Origin: Octopus sinensis
Taxonomy: Eukaryota
Direction of reading: 5' to 3'
Assembly (NCBI RefSeq): GCF_006345805.1
Contig: NC_042997.1
Span: 151,342,001-151,406,000, forward strand
DNA: 64,000 nucleotides
Within the stretch, counting starts at the first letter, position 1. The number at the start of each line of letters is the position of its first letter. The translations under genes and the position numbers were made by a program. Positions 27,316 through 40,431 of the stretch are shown piece by piece. The notes beneath the pieces are model-generated. The model worked only from the letters and a program-made list of their open reading frames with translations, did no database searches and was not told where the DNA came from.

Positions 27316-27912
27316 AGTGTGTGCCTGTGTGTGTGTCTGTCTGCGTGCATGTGTATCGGTGCGTGTGTGCGTGAGTGTATCCATGTTTGCACGTATGTAT
27401 AAAAAAGACTAATTGCTAGATATATATTTGCATACATTTATAAATACATATATGTATGCATGCATACATACACACATACACACATACACACATACACACA
27501 TACTACATACATACATACATACATACATACATACATACATACATGCATACATGCATACATACATACAGACATATACATACATACATGGATACATACATAC
27601 ATACATACATACATACATACATACATACATAAATACATATTGTTGTGATTTTCACGAAACTCCCCTACAAATCTGAACAGAAACTCGTGTTGCATTATTC
27701 CGTTTATATTTCCGGTGATTTCTTAACAAATTATTATACCTCTCTTTTTAAAACTTGACATCCATTAACGATAACGTTTAATTGATGTGCAAGAAAACCT
27801 TATCAAACTAAATTCGTAGATTTGTCTGAATGTGCAGGACAAACAGCGACAAATATTTTGTCTCCAGATATATTAACATTATTAGTAAAACTGACGACCT
27901 TTGTACAGTTAG

Positions 27913-27937
27913 TATCTATCTATCTATCTATCTATCA

Positions 27938-27978
<41 letters not shown>

Positions 27979-27996
27979 ACCATCTATCTATCTATC
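27913..27996. repeat. (TATC)n array, left flank of Tx1 element
   Basis: Directly visible. The array resumes in the same phase and orientation at 29774. Confidence 0.95.
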
Positions 27997-29773
27997 CGGG
28001 ACGAGCGTGTCTGCATACGCGGACGACGTCACCGTCATAGTGTCAAGCCACGAGCACATCGAGCGGGTCGGCGAGACACTGAAAGACTACGAAGCGGTGA
28101 CAGGAGCGAAAATCAACCGGGAAAAGTCAGTGGGCTTGCGGCTCGGCACCTGGAGAAGCAAGCCCATGCCGTCCACCAGTACCTCCGTCGTGGGACGCTG
28201 GACAGACGGCCCGGTTGAGTTGCTCGGGGTCTGGTTCGGTCCGGACCTCCAAATGGAGAAGAACTGGAACGAGATAACGAGTAGGGTGGTCACTCTCGCC
28301 CAGCAATGGGCCGAGAGGAAACTGTCCCTAAAAGGTCGGGCGGAGGTGGTGAACGCGTACATCGCGTCCATCATCTACTACCGCCTGACCGTCGTACCTT
28401 GTCCCGACCCTACCATCACCAAACTAGAACGCATTCTCTTCCGCTTCTTGTGGAAAGGATGCGTCCCGATGGTCAGGCGATCCATTTGCTGTCAACACCC
28501 GTTAAAAGGAGGGCTGGGCATGCCGTGGTTGATGATGCGCAGACACGCGCTGAGACTGCGACATCTCCGGCTCTATGTAGACGACGGTGAACAGGTGTGG
28601 TCGCCGTTTGTGAGGCACGCATTCCCGCAACTCGTCACCATGACCGAACTACAGTCGTGGATCAAAAAGAGGCCGAGGAAGGGCGAATGGCACCGCGAGT
28701 GTCGCGTTGCTCTCAAGCAACTCTGCCGTCCCGGGTCGACCTTGAGTGACTTCAACACAACCAAAGCATTCTATAGGGGATTAGTGGAGGGGAGGTACGA
28801 CGACGAGCTCGGGGCAAACCTGGGCGTCGACGAGGAATACCTGACCCGCCTGTTTCAAACGACTTTCGGCCCGGGACCTATGGACAACTTCCAGAGATCC
28901 CTGGCCTGGCGGTGCTACCGAGAAGCGCTACCCGTTCGGGATAAGCTCTATAGGCATGGCTCGAGAAACACGAGGCCGACCTGCCCGAGATGTGGGCAGA
29001 GCGACGAAACCGCTCTGCACGCAATCGTGCAGTGTCCAGCAATTTCCGACCTGTGGGCTTATGTCGAACGACTGCTGTCACGTGTGGGACGTGTCGGTTT
29101 ATCAGCCGAGTCTATCGTTAATATCGTCACGCCTCCTTCTTTCGAACGGGAAGGAAGAGCTATTTTTATCATACTTGTGGCTATGGCGAAAGAATGTATC
29201 TGGTGGACGCGCCTGAAAGGATTAGAGACAAACACTTTCCTCTCTGGTCAATCTCTCATCAACTTCTTCAAGTATCACTTGAAGAGGAAAGTGAGAGTAG
29301 AGAGGCAAGTTTTGTCTAGTGAATGTTTTAAAAAAAGATGGGTGAATGTAGCAAGGATAGCACGTATGAATGACGAAGCCACCTTGACTATGATTCTATG
29401 AACCATAAAAATTAATACAGAGAGTTGCTTATTTGCGAAAAAAAAAAAGAAATATAACATGTGACTTCATTGACCGAGGTTACCGTGGTCTTTTCCGTAG
29501 GCTTTTCTTTCCACGGGTAAACCTCACCTGTCCTCCCCTTTACACTTCATATTGACATTTCTGTGATAACGATCCCTATTATTCATTTTTTTTCTCTCCA
29601 CCCCTTTTTTTAACCCCTCCCCTTTTTTTTGTCCTTTTTCCTTCCTTTTACGATCCCTTTTGATCGAAAGCTACTACTCTCCTTTTTTTATTTTTTTTTT
29701 ACCCCCAAAAGAAAAGCTCTACCTTGTAATTTGTTCTATCTGTGTGCAGCCCTGTGTGGCTAATAAAGAAACA
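27997..29773 (+). mobile_element. 5'-truncated Tx1-clade (L1 group) non-LTR retrotransposon
   Basis: GC-rich ORF2 fragment followed by a ~370-nt pyrimidine-rich 3'UTR and AATAAA at 29762-29767. The element then joins directly to TATC repeats with no poly(A). Confidence 0.9.
27998..29401 (+). CDS. partial ORF2: reverse transcriptase C-terminal half plus CCHC zinc knuckle
   Basis: Uninterrupted frame with YADD, GAKINREKS, ELLGVWF, KGGLGMP and C-x2-C-x8-H-x4-C (CPRCGQSDETALHAIVQC). No true start codon because of 5' truncation. Confidence 0.9.
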   Translation, partial: GTSVSAYADDVTVIVSSHEHIERVGETLKDYEAVTGAKINREKSVGLRLGTWRSKPMPSTSTSVVGRWTDGPVELLGVWFGPDLQMEKNWNEITSRVVTLAQQWAERKLSLKGRAEVVNAYIASIIYYRLTVVPCPDPTITKLERILFRFLWKGCVPMVRRSICCQHPLKGGLGMPWLMMRRHALRLRHLRLYVDDGEQVWSPFVRHAFPQLVTMTELQSWIKKRPRKGEWHRECRVALKQLCRPGSTLSDFNTTKAFYRGLVEGRYDDELGANLGVDEEYLTRLFQTTFGPGPMDNFQRSLAWRCYREALPVRDKLYRHGSRNTRPTCPRCGQSDETALHAIVQCPAISDLWAYVERLLSRVGRVGLSAESIVNIVTPPSFEREGRAIFIILVAMAKECIWWTRLKGLETNTFLSGQSLINFFKYHLKRKVRVERQVLSSECFKKRWVNVARIARMNDEATLTMIL

Positions 29774-29797
29774 TATCTATCTATCTGTTTATCTATT

Positions 29798-29828
<31 letters not shown>

Positions 29829-30930
29829 CTATCTGTCTCTCCCTCTCTCTCTCTCTATATATATATATGTCTGTCTATCTATATATCTATCTATCTATCT
29901 ATCTATCTATCTGTCCATCTGTCTATCTATCTATTTTTCTATCTATCTATCTAGCCATCTTTCCATCTGTCTGTCTATCTGTCTGTCTGTCTCTGTGTAT
30001 TTAAGTGTCTGCATGTGTGCGTGCGTGCGTGTGCGCTTGCGTGTGTGTATGTGTGCGTGCGTATGTTTGTGTATGTGTGTAGTGTGTGTTTGGGACATTT
30101 TGGTTATATAATTTTGTATACAACCAATTAAATTATCAAATTGCACAACTTGAAAGAGTAACTTGCCTTTTATCGCAAACCTTTCTTCCGACAGTTATTT
30201 GTTGCAAGACAGTAATGGATTCCAAGTAGATGCAACAGGCCGAAGACAGCAGGTTTGTTTGTTTTTTTCGGTGGCGACACCATTGACAACAGGGCTGTCA
30301 AATTAAGGATGAAGAATTTTAAAGAGAGAAAACCAGAATTTATGCAGTAGACGAATCCCACTCTGAGTATTTGTAGTACAGGTGGATTGCAGTTAGTATG
30401 TGTTATATAAATTTCTCGCGAGCTATAATCATTGAAATGTGTAAAAAGTATTTTTCATCAGCAATTGGCTTCCGATTTGAGCAAGTGGATTGAAGTCGGC
30501 TGGAAGAAAGAATACCTTCGGCTCTGCTAATAAGTCAAGAAAAGTGCATATTTTTCTGATGTAGAAGGCTCCATCTATGAAAGAATAACACACTTCTTTT
30601 CCAAGACCGAAGAGTTTTAGGAACTAGCGATTTGCATGGAAAGTCGTAGTGAATGTTGTATAAGAATGGCATCATTTTCGATGATTTTCTATAATGTAGC
30701 CATCCTGTGAGTAGCGAATGGTATGTTCAGACATTAAAAGAAAAATAGAGGAGGAAGAGAGCGGATGAGAATCTGAAAACTATCAGCATTAACCATGACC
30801 AGCAGAAGTTACACATCAACACGAGAACCAAGAGTTTCGTGCATGGCACTTATCAAACTCGGACTTTGATAAGTGCTATGTGAGAATTACTCGACTCTTG
30901 AGCCACTTCGTAAGTTCAGCTGATTATAGA

Positions 30931-30932
<2 letters not shown>

Positions 30933-30983
<51 letters not shown>

Positions 30984-30984
30984 G

Positions 30985-31081
<97 letters not shown>
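30933..31081. repeat. compound microsatellite (ACT)n-(GCT)n-(ACT)n-(AAT)n
   Basis: Directly visible. Confidence 0.95.
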
Positions 31082-31082
<1 letters not shown>

Positions 31083-31467
31083 TGCCTTAGTGGCTGACGG
31101 TATGTGCATCTCTGACCATGAGCAGAAGTAGTGGGGGAGCATCATTGCCATGTGTTGATAGGGATTCTTTGGGGTTTGAATAATTCACTTCTGGAAACAT
31201 GGGTGTTTCGTTCAACTTCCTTGAACAACCCTTATTAGGGACCTTTTGAGTGGGATTGGTTACTTGACCAGAAGGAAATTCTAACTGGACCCCACCTGCA
31301 AGATCATGTGCTGTTTATCTTAATATGAGATCACTATGTCCGTGCACATATGGTTGTGATGCATGTGCCTAGTGTACCCTTATCAGACGGGTAGTCATGA
31401 TGGGTATACGGGGCTTCGTATATTTTACCCCAGTGTCACTTTGATGGCATGCACTGCACTTTCACTC
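31083..31467 (+). mobile_element. (AAT)n-anchored interspersed element (family D), 5'-truncated copy
   Basis: Collinear with 51400-51782. It has the same 3' end (ccagtgtcactttgatggcatg...ctca|ataataat) and AAT arrays on both sides. Confidence 0.8.
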
Positions 31468-31534
<67 letters not shown>

Positions 31535-31567
31535 GTAGTAGTAATAATAATAATAATAATAATAATA

Positions 31568-31621
<54 letters not shown>

Positions 31622-31622
<1 letters not shown>

Positions 31623-31790
31623 TTTGGCACCGAGCCAGCAATTTGGAAGGAGACAATAAGTCGATAACATCGACCCCAATCTTCAACTCGTTCTTATTTT
31701 CTCGACTCCGGAAGAAGGGTGAAAGGAAAAATCGACATCAGGGGAATTTGAATTCGGAGCGTAAGGCCAGAAGAAATGGTTGTACGCATG
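31622..31790 (-). mobile_element. older SINE family A variant
   Basis: Reverse-complement core motifs (cgactccggaagaagggtgaaagg, ggaatttgaattcggagcgtaa). Confidence 0.65.
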
Positions 31791-31842
31791 TTTGTCAGGC
31801 GTACTATATATACGTGTGTGTGCGTGCTTGCGTGCAGTTGCA

Positions 31843-32140
31843 TGAGTTAGTGGTTAGAGCGTCGGGCTCACAATTCTGAGTTGCGTTCTTGAGCAAGAAA
31901 CTTAATTTCACGTTGCTCCAGTTCACTTAGCTGTGGAAATAAGCTGCAACGTCACTTGTGGCAAACTGTATCGGCCTTTGCCTTTCCCTTGGATAACATC
32001 AATGGCATAGTGAGGAGAGGCTACTATGCATGAGCGACTGTTGGTCGTTCTTAAACAACCTCACCCGAACTTGCGCCTTCGAAGAGAACATTCTACGTGT
32101 AATCGCATGGTCATTCATGCCCGAAGGGTGATCTTACCTT
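31843..32140 (+). mobile_element. SINE family C, diverged
   Basis: agtggttagagcgtcgg head and ttcttgagcaagaaactt...gttgctccagttcac body, homologous to 19812-20145. Confidence 0.8.
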
Positions 32141-32167
32141 TACATATATATAAATATATATTCGTTT

Positions 32168-32625
32168 ATTCTTTTACACTTTTCAGTCATTTGACTGCAG
32201 CCAAGATGGAGCACAGCCTTCAAGGGATTTAATCGAAGAAATCGACACCAGAACATATTTTTTATAAGCCTAGTACTTCTATCGGTTTCTTTTGCCGACA
32301 TCAACGCACCATCATCGGTTGCCAAGCGATAGTTGGGGGACAACCACAGGCACAAAGATACACACACATAAATCCACCCATATATATACATACATACATA
32401 CATACATACATACATACATACATACATACATACATACATACATACATACATACATACATACATACCACAAGCGTCTTTTGGTTTCTGTTTACCAAATCCA
32501 CTTTCAAGGCTTTGGCTAGCCCGAAGCTATGGTAGAAGATAGTTGCCAATTATGAAACGCAGTGGGACTGAACCCGGAACCATGTTGTTGGGAAGCAATC
32601 TTACCACACACCCAAGCTTGCGCCT
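32168..32625 (-). mobile_element. SINE family B with internal (TACA)n expansion
   Basis: Reverse complement of the family B consensus seen at 36151. Confidence 0.85.
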
Positions 32626-32645
32626 ATATATATATATATATATAT

Positions 32646-33779
32646 TTCCAAATTAATTAATTTCACCCTTCATTATTACGGATAACCATATTTTATCTCA
32701 GTAGATGACCACAGCATCTTGTTTTGGCTACACGCGGGTGGGAAGGGGCTGTTGACACAATCGTTTCATTCACAAATTTGAATTCGGTGATACTAGTTGC
32801 GGATTCTAGCTCGCTCTGATGCTGAGTTGAGTTGGTGCCTCCTAGTATCTCAAAATTCAATATATAATCATTTATGATTATAGTATTCTACGCTGAAGAG
32901 AAAAGAAGTTTCGGTAAGATAGAATTATTTAATATTTAATATTTAATTCTTATGCTTTCCTAAAAACTTGATTTCGAAACGTACGTCCGTAGATAACTTT
33001 AAAAATGTTTGATAGATTGCAGTTAATTCATTCTCTCTTACCTGTTTGTGTCAGCCTTCCAATTGCTGTTTTTACTGAGATCTCCCTTTTTAGTAGAAGA
33101 AATAGCTATAACCCTTTGACTGCTATTTCTAAATTCGGTATGTGGTAAGGCAATTCGTTGCTAAACCCTTATTGCTTAGTATTACTTAAATTTTCCTCGA
33201 ATGAGGCTTTTACATGCCGAAGACTACTTGGTGTAATTGATAATTATTCCAAATTAATTAATTTCACCCTTCATTATTACGGATAACCATATTTTATCTC
33301 AGTAGATGACCACAGCATCTTGTTTTGGCTACACGCGGGTGGGAAGGGGCTGTTGACACAATCGTTTCATTCACAAATTTGAATTCGGTGATACTAGTTG
33401 CGGATTCTAGCTCGCTCTGATGCTGAGTTGAGTTGGTGCCTCCTAGTATCTCAAAATGCAATATATAATCATTTATGATTATAGTATTCTACGCTGAAGA
33501 GAAAAGAAGTTTCGGTAAGATAGAATTATTTAATATTTAATATTTAATTCTTATGCTTTCCTAAAAACTTGATTTCGAAACGTACGTCGTAGATAACTTT
33601 AAAAATGTTTGATAGATTGCAGTTAATTCATTCTCTCTTACCTGTTTGTGTCAGCCTTCCAATTGCTGTTTTTACTGAGATCTCCCTTTTTAGTAGAAGA
33701 AATAGCTATAACCCTTTGACTGCTATTTCTAAATTCGGTATGTGGTAAGGCAATTCGTTGCTAAACCCTTATTGCTTAG

Positions 33780-33780
<1 letters not shown>
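32646..33780. repeat. near-identical 601-bp direct tandem duplication (1.9 copies)
   Basis: 32646-33180 versus 33247-33780 differ by one substitution and one 1-bp indel that I could see. Flanked by (TA)n. Confidence 0.95.
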
Positions 33781-33814
<34 letters not shown>

Positions 33815-33894
33815 TGTGTGTGTGTGTGTGCCTGTGTGTCTGTCTGTACGCGTGTGTGCGTGTATGTGTGTGTGTGTGTGTTCAAATGTGAATC

Positions 33895-34135
33895 TGTATT
33901 TAGAATCACATGGTTCTGGGTTCAGTCCTACTGAGTGGCACCTTCGAAAGTATCTTCAATTATAGCTTCTGGCACATCAAGGCATTGTGAGTGGATTTGA
34001 TAGATCGAAACTGAAAGAAACCCGTCGTATATTTATACATATCTATACGTGTGTGTATTTGTGTCTGTGTTTGTTCCCACTACGCTTGACAACTAATGTT
34101 GGTTTGTTTACGTCTACGTAACTTAGCACGAAATT
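33895..34135 (+). mobile_element. SINE family B, partial
   Basis: cacatggttctgggttcagtcc...gtgagtggatttg...aactgaaagaaacccgtcgtat. Confidence 0.75.
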
Positions 34136-36113
34136 CAATATTATACTCATATACCCTGAGCAAAATATCTGCAGACTGCTATAATGAATCCATAAACACT
34201 TATATAATATAAGAGTATTTTTTTCTCGCTGAAGATATGTTCAGGGTATATGAATTTAATATTTAATTAATTCAATCTGCTGTAAGGGATGATGATTGAT
34301 TTTCTGTTAATGATAAACAATTATCAACTTCCCAATCTCCATTTTCTTTTTCTTCTTTTAAATGAATATAAACCACAGTTTATATACAAACCTATTATTT
34401 TAAGAAAATCAATTCCCCAAAAATATTAGGTGCTGCACCAGTATTTCCTTGGATGACACCATCCCTTCTTCACGAGGCTAACATAACCTGTAATCGAATA
34501 TATAAGTATAATGTTTGCGTGTGTGTGTATGTGTGCGTATGTGTGCATGTGTAAGTGTGAGTGTACATGTATCTATCATTTTGCGAGAGTATCTATCGTG
34601 AGTGTACACGTATCTATCATTTTGGCAGTAATGCCGTTTTTCTGTTCTTTTTCTTTTGCTCTTCATTTGTCTCACTCGTTCTCTTTTAGACTCTTTTATT
34701 TTTTCTCTTTGATTCTGTATTTGTCTCACTCCCACCCAAACACATTATTTTTGCGTCATCCATTTTCTCCCGGCTTCTCTAGATTCTACCACTTTTCCGC
34801 ATGGTAAATCCTAAAGCAATAAATTTTCATTTAACCCCCAACGAAACCATTTTAATCATCAATTTTGATAAATACTTGTGCTTATTGGAATTCTTTCTCT
34901 CTATCCCCCTTCTCCCGTTTATGTTAGATTTTTTTAACCTCATGTTACCATTTGAGACTTCTTTCAAATCTGTTAATACATTTTTTTGTCATGGTTCTCA
35001 GTTTTAAAATAAACCAGAACAAAACATGGAATTTCTACGTTTAAAGTTCTGCTAACTTCACTTGCAGTAGAAGTGAAATGAAAGGGGTTTTAAGGGGAGA
35101 ACGAATCAAGAAAAAAATTCGATTGAGAATATTTCTTTTCGTATCTACATCTTCATAAATCATGTTAGCTGATTACCTCCAAATTTAGTAAGGCTGCATT
35201 GATCGAGCAAATTTATGATCCAAATCGTTCCAGCAGCGGCTATAACAATTTTAGGACATAATGCATCTACGATTACATCATCCAATGCAAATGTTTTTTT
35301 ATTATATGCTATTTTATTTTTATTCCATTTTCTTTTACTTTTTCTTTTTTTTGTAAAAATGTTGGCTGTGTGAGCTGGTTGCTATTTCTATCAGCTGCAA
35401 CTGTATGTCATGATGATGATAATGATGGTGGTGGTGGTGGTGGTGGTGGTAACGTCTTATTGCTGATTAGGTCTTGATTTAACAATTGCATGATCCAAAA
35501 TACTCAGACAGTGCTTATCCTGGCATTTTCTTTCTTCTTAGCTGAACATATTACACAACTGTTTTTTTTTTCTTTTTTATCTCTCCTAGGAATATCTGGC
35601 ATATTTTGAAGGAGCATTTTACTGCTATTTTCAGAAGATTAAGTTGCTGAATAATTTGCTTCCTTGATGATTCGGATAATATGAATGCCTTTTATAACAG
35701 TTCATCGCATACACTGATAAATGTATGTAATTATACCATTTCGAGAATAGTTTCTAAATATTTTTGACAACGTTTGGATCATTGGATTATGAAATCAAGA
35801 TAAATTACCAAAATGTAAAATAACCGAGAATCAAAATTGGCTATCGGTTGGGGTAGTCATGAGTATGCGAGTTGCTCTCTCGTATTCGTAGTAATTTGAA
35901 TAGAAATTTGTATGAGTTCACAATTACTTGATAGTTTATCTAATTTAGAGCAATGATACCAGAGGATTGAAATTCATAACTGAATTTGAATTCTGAAATT
36001 AAAGAAATTCTACTTGTTATTGTATTAATGTTCACCAGAAATCTATATACACATACTCACAGACCTATGATGGTAGGACCATTATATTGAATTACGTTTA
36101 AAATTTATGTGTT

Positions 36114-36150
<37 letters not shown>

Positions 36151-36153
<3 letters not shown>

Positions 36154-36541
36154 CGCAGGAGTGGCTGTGTGGTAAGTAGCTTGTTTACCAACCACATGGT
36201 TGCGGGTTAAGTCCCACTGCGTGGCACCTTGGGCAAGTGTCTTCTACTATAGCCTCGGGCCGACCAAAGCCTTGTGAGTGGATTTGGTAGACGGAAACTG
36301 AAAGAAGCCCGTCGTATATATGTATATATATATACGTGTGTGTGTTTGTCCCCCTAGCATTGCTTGACAACCGATGCTGGTGTGTTTATGTCCCCGTTAC
36401 GTAGCGGTTCGGCAAAAGAGACCGATAGAATAAGTACTGGGCTTAGAAAAGAATAAGTCCCGGGGTCGAGTTGCTCGATTAAAGGCGGTGCTCCAGCATG
36501 GCCGCAGTCAAATGACTGAAACAAGTGAAAGAGTAAAGAGT

Positions 36542-36542
<1 letters not shown>
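36151..36542 (+). mobile_element. full-length SINE family B
   Basis: aggcgcaggagtggctgtgtggtaag head, gggttaagtccc B-box region, gaaacaagtgaaagagtaaagag tail. Confidence 0.9.
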
Positions 36543-36610
<68 letters not shown>

Positions 36611-36773
36611 CATGATGTGTGTGTGCACGTGAATGTACTTTATGTACGTCCACAAATTAGCAAGCATGTCGCTCCAATTTGAAGAGGACTGTGCTTTTGT
36701 CAACTTATTTTCCCCGACGCACCCCCGGATAGCGGTAAAAATAGCTTTTCTACCATGACTTTTACCAATTTTC

Positions 36774-36817
<44 letters not shown>

Positions 36818-37115
36818 CCACCTGATGAATGACTGTGACTTGAAAATTTAAAGAAATTAACAGCCATGAAACAATCGTAGTAATATATTGATCATATATT
36901 TTTTTTATAATTTTGTTATATATTTAAATAATATAAATTAAATAATCTCATGTATTGGCTTAAATTTTTCATTGTATGATTTGCCTAATAGTGGTTTTGT
37001 CTCTAATTTAATATTATATATATCTTACGAGGCGAGTAAACAAAGTTTGTTTTAGGTTTTAGAAGCGTTCAGATGTATTGAAAGATACTGAAATAATTTT
37101 AATTAATTCTCAATT

Positions 37116-37344
37116 GCGTGATAATGCTAATAAAATAGCGTGAACAGGATAAATTATCCATACATTGCAGAAACACACGTTACTGGTCAGTCATGAGACT
37201 CGAACTCACATCCTTGTGATTATGCGTCAAGTGTTTTACCATTAAGAAATGTGAGTTCGAGTCTCATGGCTGGCCGGTAATGTATGTTTCTGCAATGTAT
37301 TGATAATTTATCCTGTTCACGCTATTTTATTAACATTATCACGC
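37116..37344. repeat. hairpin element, 96-bp arms and 37-nt loop
   Basis: 37116-37211 is the reverse complement of 37249-37344 with about 7 mismatches, mostly transitions. Confidence 0.9.
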
Positions 37345-38301
37345 GTTTGAGAATAAAAAAAGGATTTCTGTATACATTTATATATATATATGTATATATA
37401 AATACACATATACACAAACACACACACATATATAGGCAACAGAGTTTCCGAACTCTATCTTTGTAAAACTATATGGATGCCAACGAGTAAATTATTATGT
37501 GGGAGCTAAATATGGCAAGAAATAGTCACCGTTACTTCGAATATCATAACCTACACCCTTAACGAAAGAGGATCGCTTTGTCCAGCGGAACCTTATATAT
37601 AGAAGCACTTAACAGAGATGCACATTAGGGACAACGTCGAATATATGCCAGAATAAATATCAATTTTCAGTAAGACATAAGCCAGTAAAAAATCAAGTGG
37701 AACAACAATGGGATATCACTTTTACATTTGAAACGGTGCTGCTGCTCTATAGTCATAGTAGATGGTATCTAATTAAATGTCGATCAAGTGATTGGCACGA
37801 AGTCGTTTTTTAAAATACAGTAACGTTTGTCCCAACAGTCAGCTATGACGACTCTCTGTCTCTTCTACAACTTGTACTGCGAGCTCTGCACTTCAGAGGT
37901 GAAAAGTCTCATGCTACCTTTATACAGAAATTTCAACACACATTAGCTAAATCATGGACCCACTAATATTGAAAATATTCCCACGCTGATTATATTTTTT
38001 CCAAGAGCTTGGTGTATCCTCATGAACCCAATAAAAAACTATACAATTATTAATTTTAGAGTGGCTAAAAAATGTTTTAGAGTTATACAATACACTTAAT
38101 AAGAGATAATGCACAGGAAACCTGGATTCAGTATCCTGTTTTTATTTTCGTAAGAAATATTCATTTTATTACTCACCCACCGTCCTCAAATAAAATAATC
38201 ATGTTTTGCTGTTAGTTTTGTCCCAAGTCACTTATTTTCTAACACATATATGTAAATAATGTAAATAAATCCACTTAGCAGCATTTCTAACAAACAATAT
38301 T

Positions 38302-38794
38302 TGGTGGGTGCTACTTTAGCGGCGGTCTACTGTAGTATCTTGTCTACTCTGTGAAATTACTTTTAGCGTGCTGTCTACCTTTTCTTACCCTTTTACATTT
38401 TATCGTTCGATCTAACTCCACTTGAATCACTGCTTTATTCATGGGTATCTCCAATGGGAAAAAAAACTTTACCTTTCCGAATAGAAAGCGAAGTTTGATA
38501 CTATTTTCGAGGAGAGCGAAATATAGGCCAGTATTCTCCACTTCTGTCACGTATTCGGTTTTCTTGCAAGATGCTATCACGTCGGTGACAAGTGTCTGCT
38601 TCTTGTGATGTATCCGATGTATCCAGAAGATTGTTTTCTTGTAAAAATGTAACTGCTGTCTCCTCTGTAAGAATTATACGTCTATAGAAAACTTTTTACA
38701 ACATTGTAATGGTTAAAATTAACTCAGGTTAAATGGGTTAATTTCACAGCGTAGACAAGATATTGCGGTAGACCGCACGCTAAAGTAGCATCCA
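38302..38794. mobile_element. MITE-like element with ~55-bp TIRs
   Basis: gtgctactttagcggcggtctactgtagtatcttgtctactctgtgaaatta versus the reverse complement of 38739-38794. aatatt lies at both flanks. Confidence 0.7.
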
Positions 38795-40146
38795 ATATTT
38801 TTCTCCCAAGCATCAAGAATCAATCAAAGAAGAGCTACGTGTAGTTAATGTTAAATATAATTTCAGCACTGGATGTGGATGTAGGTATACGTAAGTTTAT
38901 TGTTTGATTAACTACATGTAAACTAACAAAAACGAAGGTAGCAAATAATCAGAACCAGAATTACAATCTGCTAGAAAAGACTGTCCAGACATCCAGAATA
39001 ACTTCTGAGATTAAATACTGGAAGGATATAAGAATTGAACTCAGTTTTTCAAGTGACAGGAATCCTGGATTATTATACCGAAGAAAATTATCTAAAGTTG
39101 TTTAGAAGCTAATATGACTGTAGCACTGATTGTTATGCGTGTTGGAAATAAATACAGCAGCAACTTATTTGACTTTCACTCTGAATGAAGGAAACTGCGA
39201 GCTTCTAAGAGTGCGTGTATATTCTATGTATAAATTTGTGTATATGTTTACATGAAATGCTTTGTGTATATGCGTGTAAATGTGTGCACGTTATTAAGCA
39301 AATAAGAAAAAAAAACGAAGAAAAACTCTCCAGTTCTTGTAGGTGATTCTAAACGAGGATAACATACACATAAAAAGATTATTTAAGCCGTGTCTTGATG
39401 AAAAGAGAAACGAAGGGAGAAGCAGTATAAATCTAGACTTGCATGTGTAGAAATAAAATCATAACATAAAAATAACAAAATTAACACATACTTTCACGTA
39501 AAGTGATGGAATAAAGAAGAAACGGAATTGTGTGATCAAACTTACTGAAAACTATTGGACATCTTGATAGTTCAATTTGCGCTGAGACCGTAAGAAAACA
39601 CACATATATACTATCATGTTCATTTAAAAGCAAACAGACTCACAAACACACACAAAATTACAGACACATACACATACAAACACAGACACACACACAAACA
39701 CACACAAACGCATACGCGCACATATATATGTATGTATGCACGTGTCTATGACTAGATGCAAGAACGGATACACATGCATACGCAGGCATATACACACATA
39801 TAGTTAATGGCGAGAGTATTTCCCAGCAGATTAATTAGCAGAAAGACAATAAAATTGAAGGTAACAAAGAAAAGAACATATCAAACTTTAACGTACATAT
39901 ATATACATATATATACATATATATATATATATAAACAAACATATATACACACCCACAAACACACACACATATATATACAACTATGCGATATGTACATGTA
40001 TATACATATATATACAAATATATGTGTTTTTGTGTGTATTCATATATATATATATATCATATATATGCGCGTATGCATGTATATATGTATATATGTACAT
40101 ATAATGTGAGTGTGTTTATGTGCGTGAATATATATATGTATGTAGA

Positions 40147-40196
<50 letters not shown>

Positions 40197-40376
40197 GATA
40201 TATATATATACATATATGTATGTATGTATGTATGTATGCATATGATTGTATGTAAATATTAACATATATATTTGCGCATGCATGTGTTTGTATTATCATA
40301 TATTTTTCTATCTACGCATATTCGTGGTGTGTGTATATGTGTATATGTATGTATATATATATATATATGTGTATAT

Positions 40377-40431
<55 letters not shown>

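Noticed and set aside
36818-36860. CTGATGA...GAAA hammerhead-like core
   Set aside because: Stem II does not pair, and no NUH or stem I complement follows.
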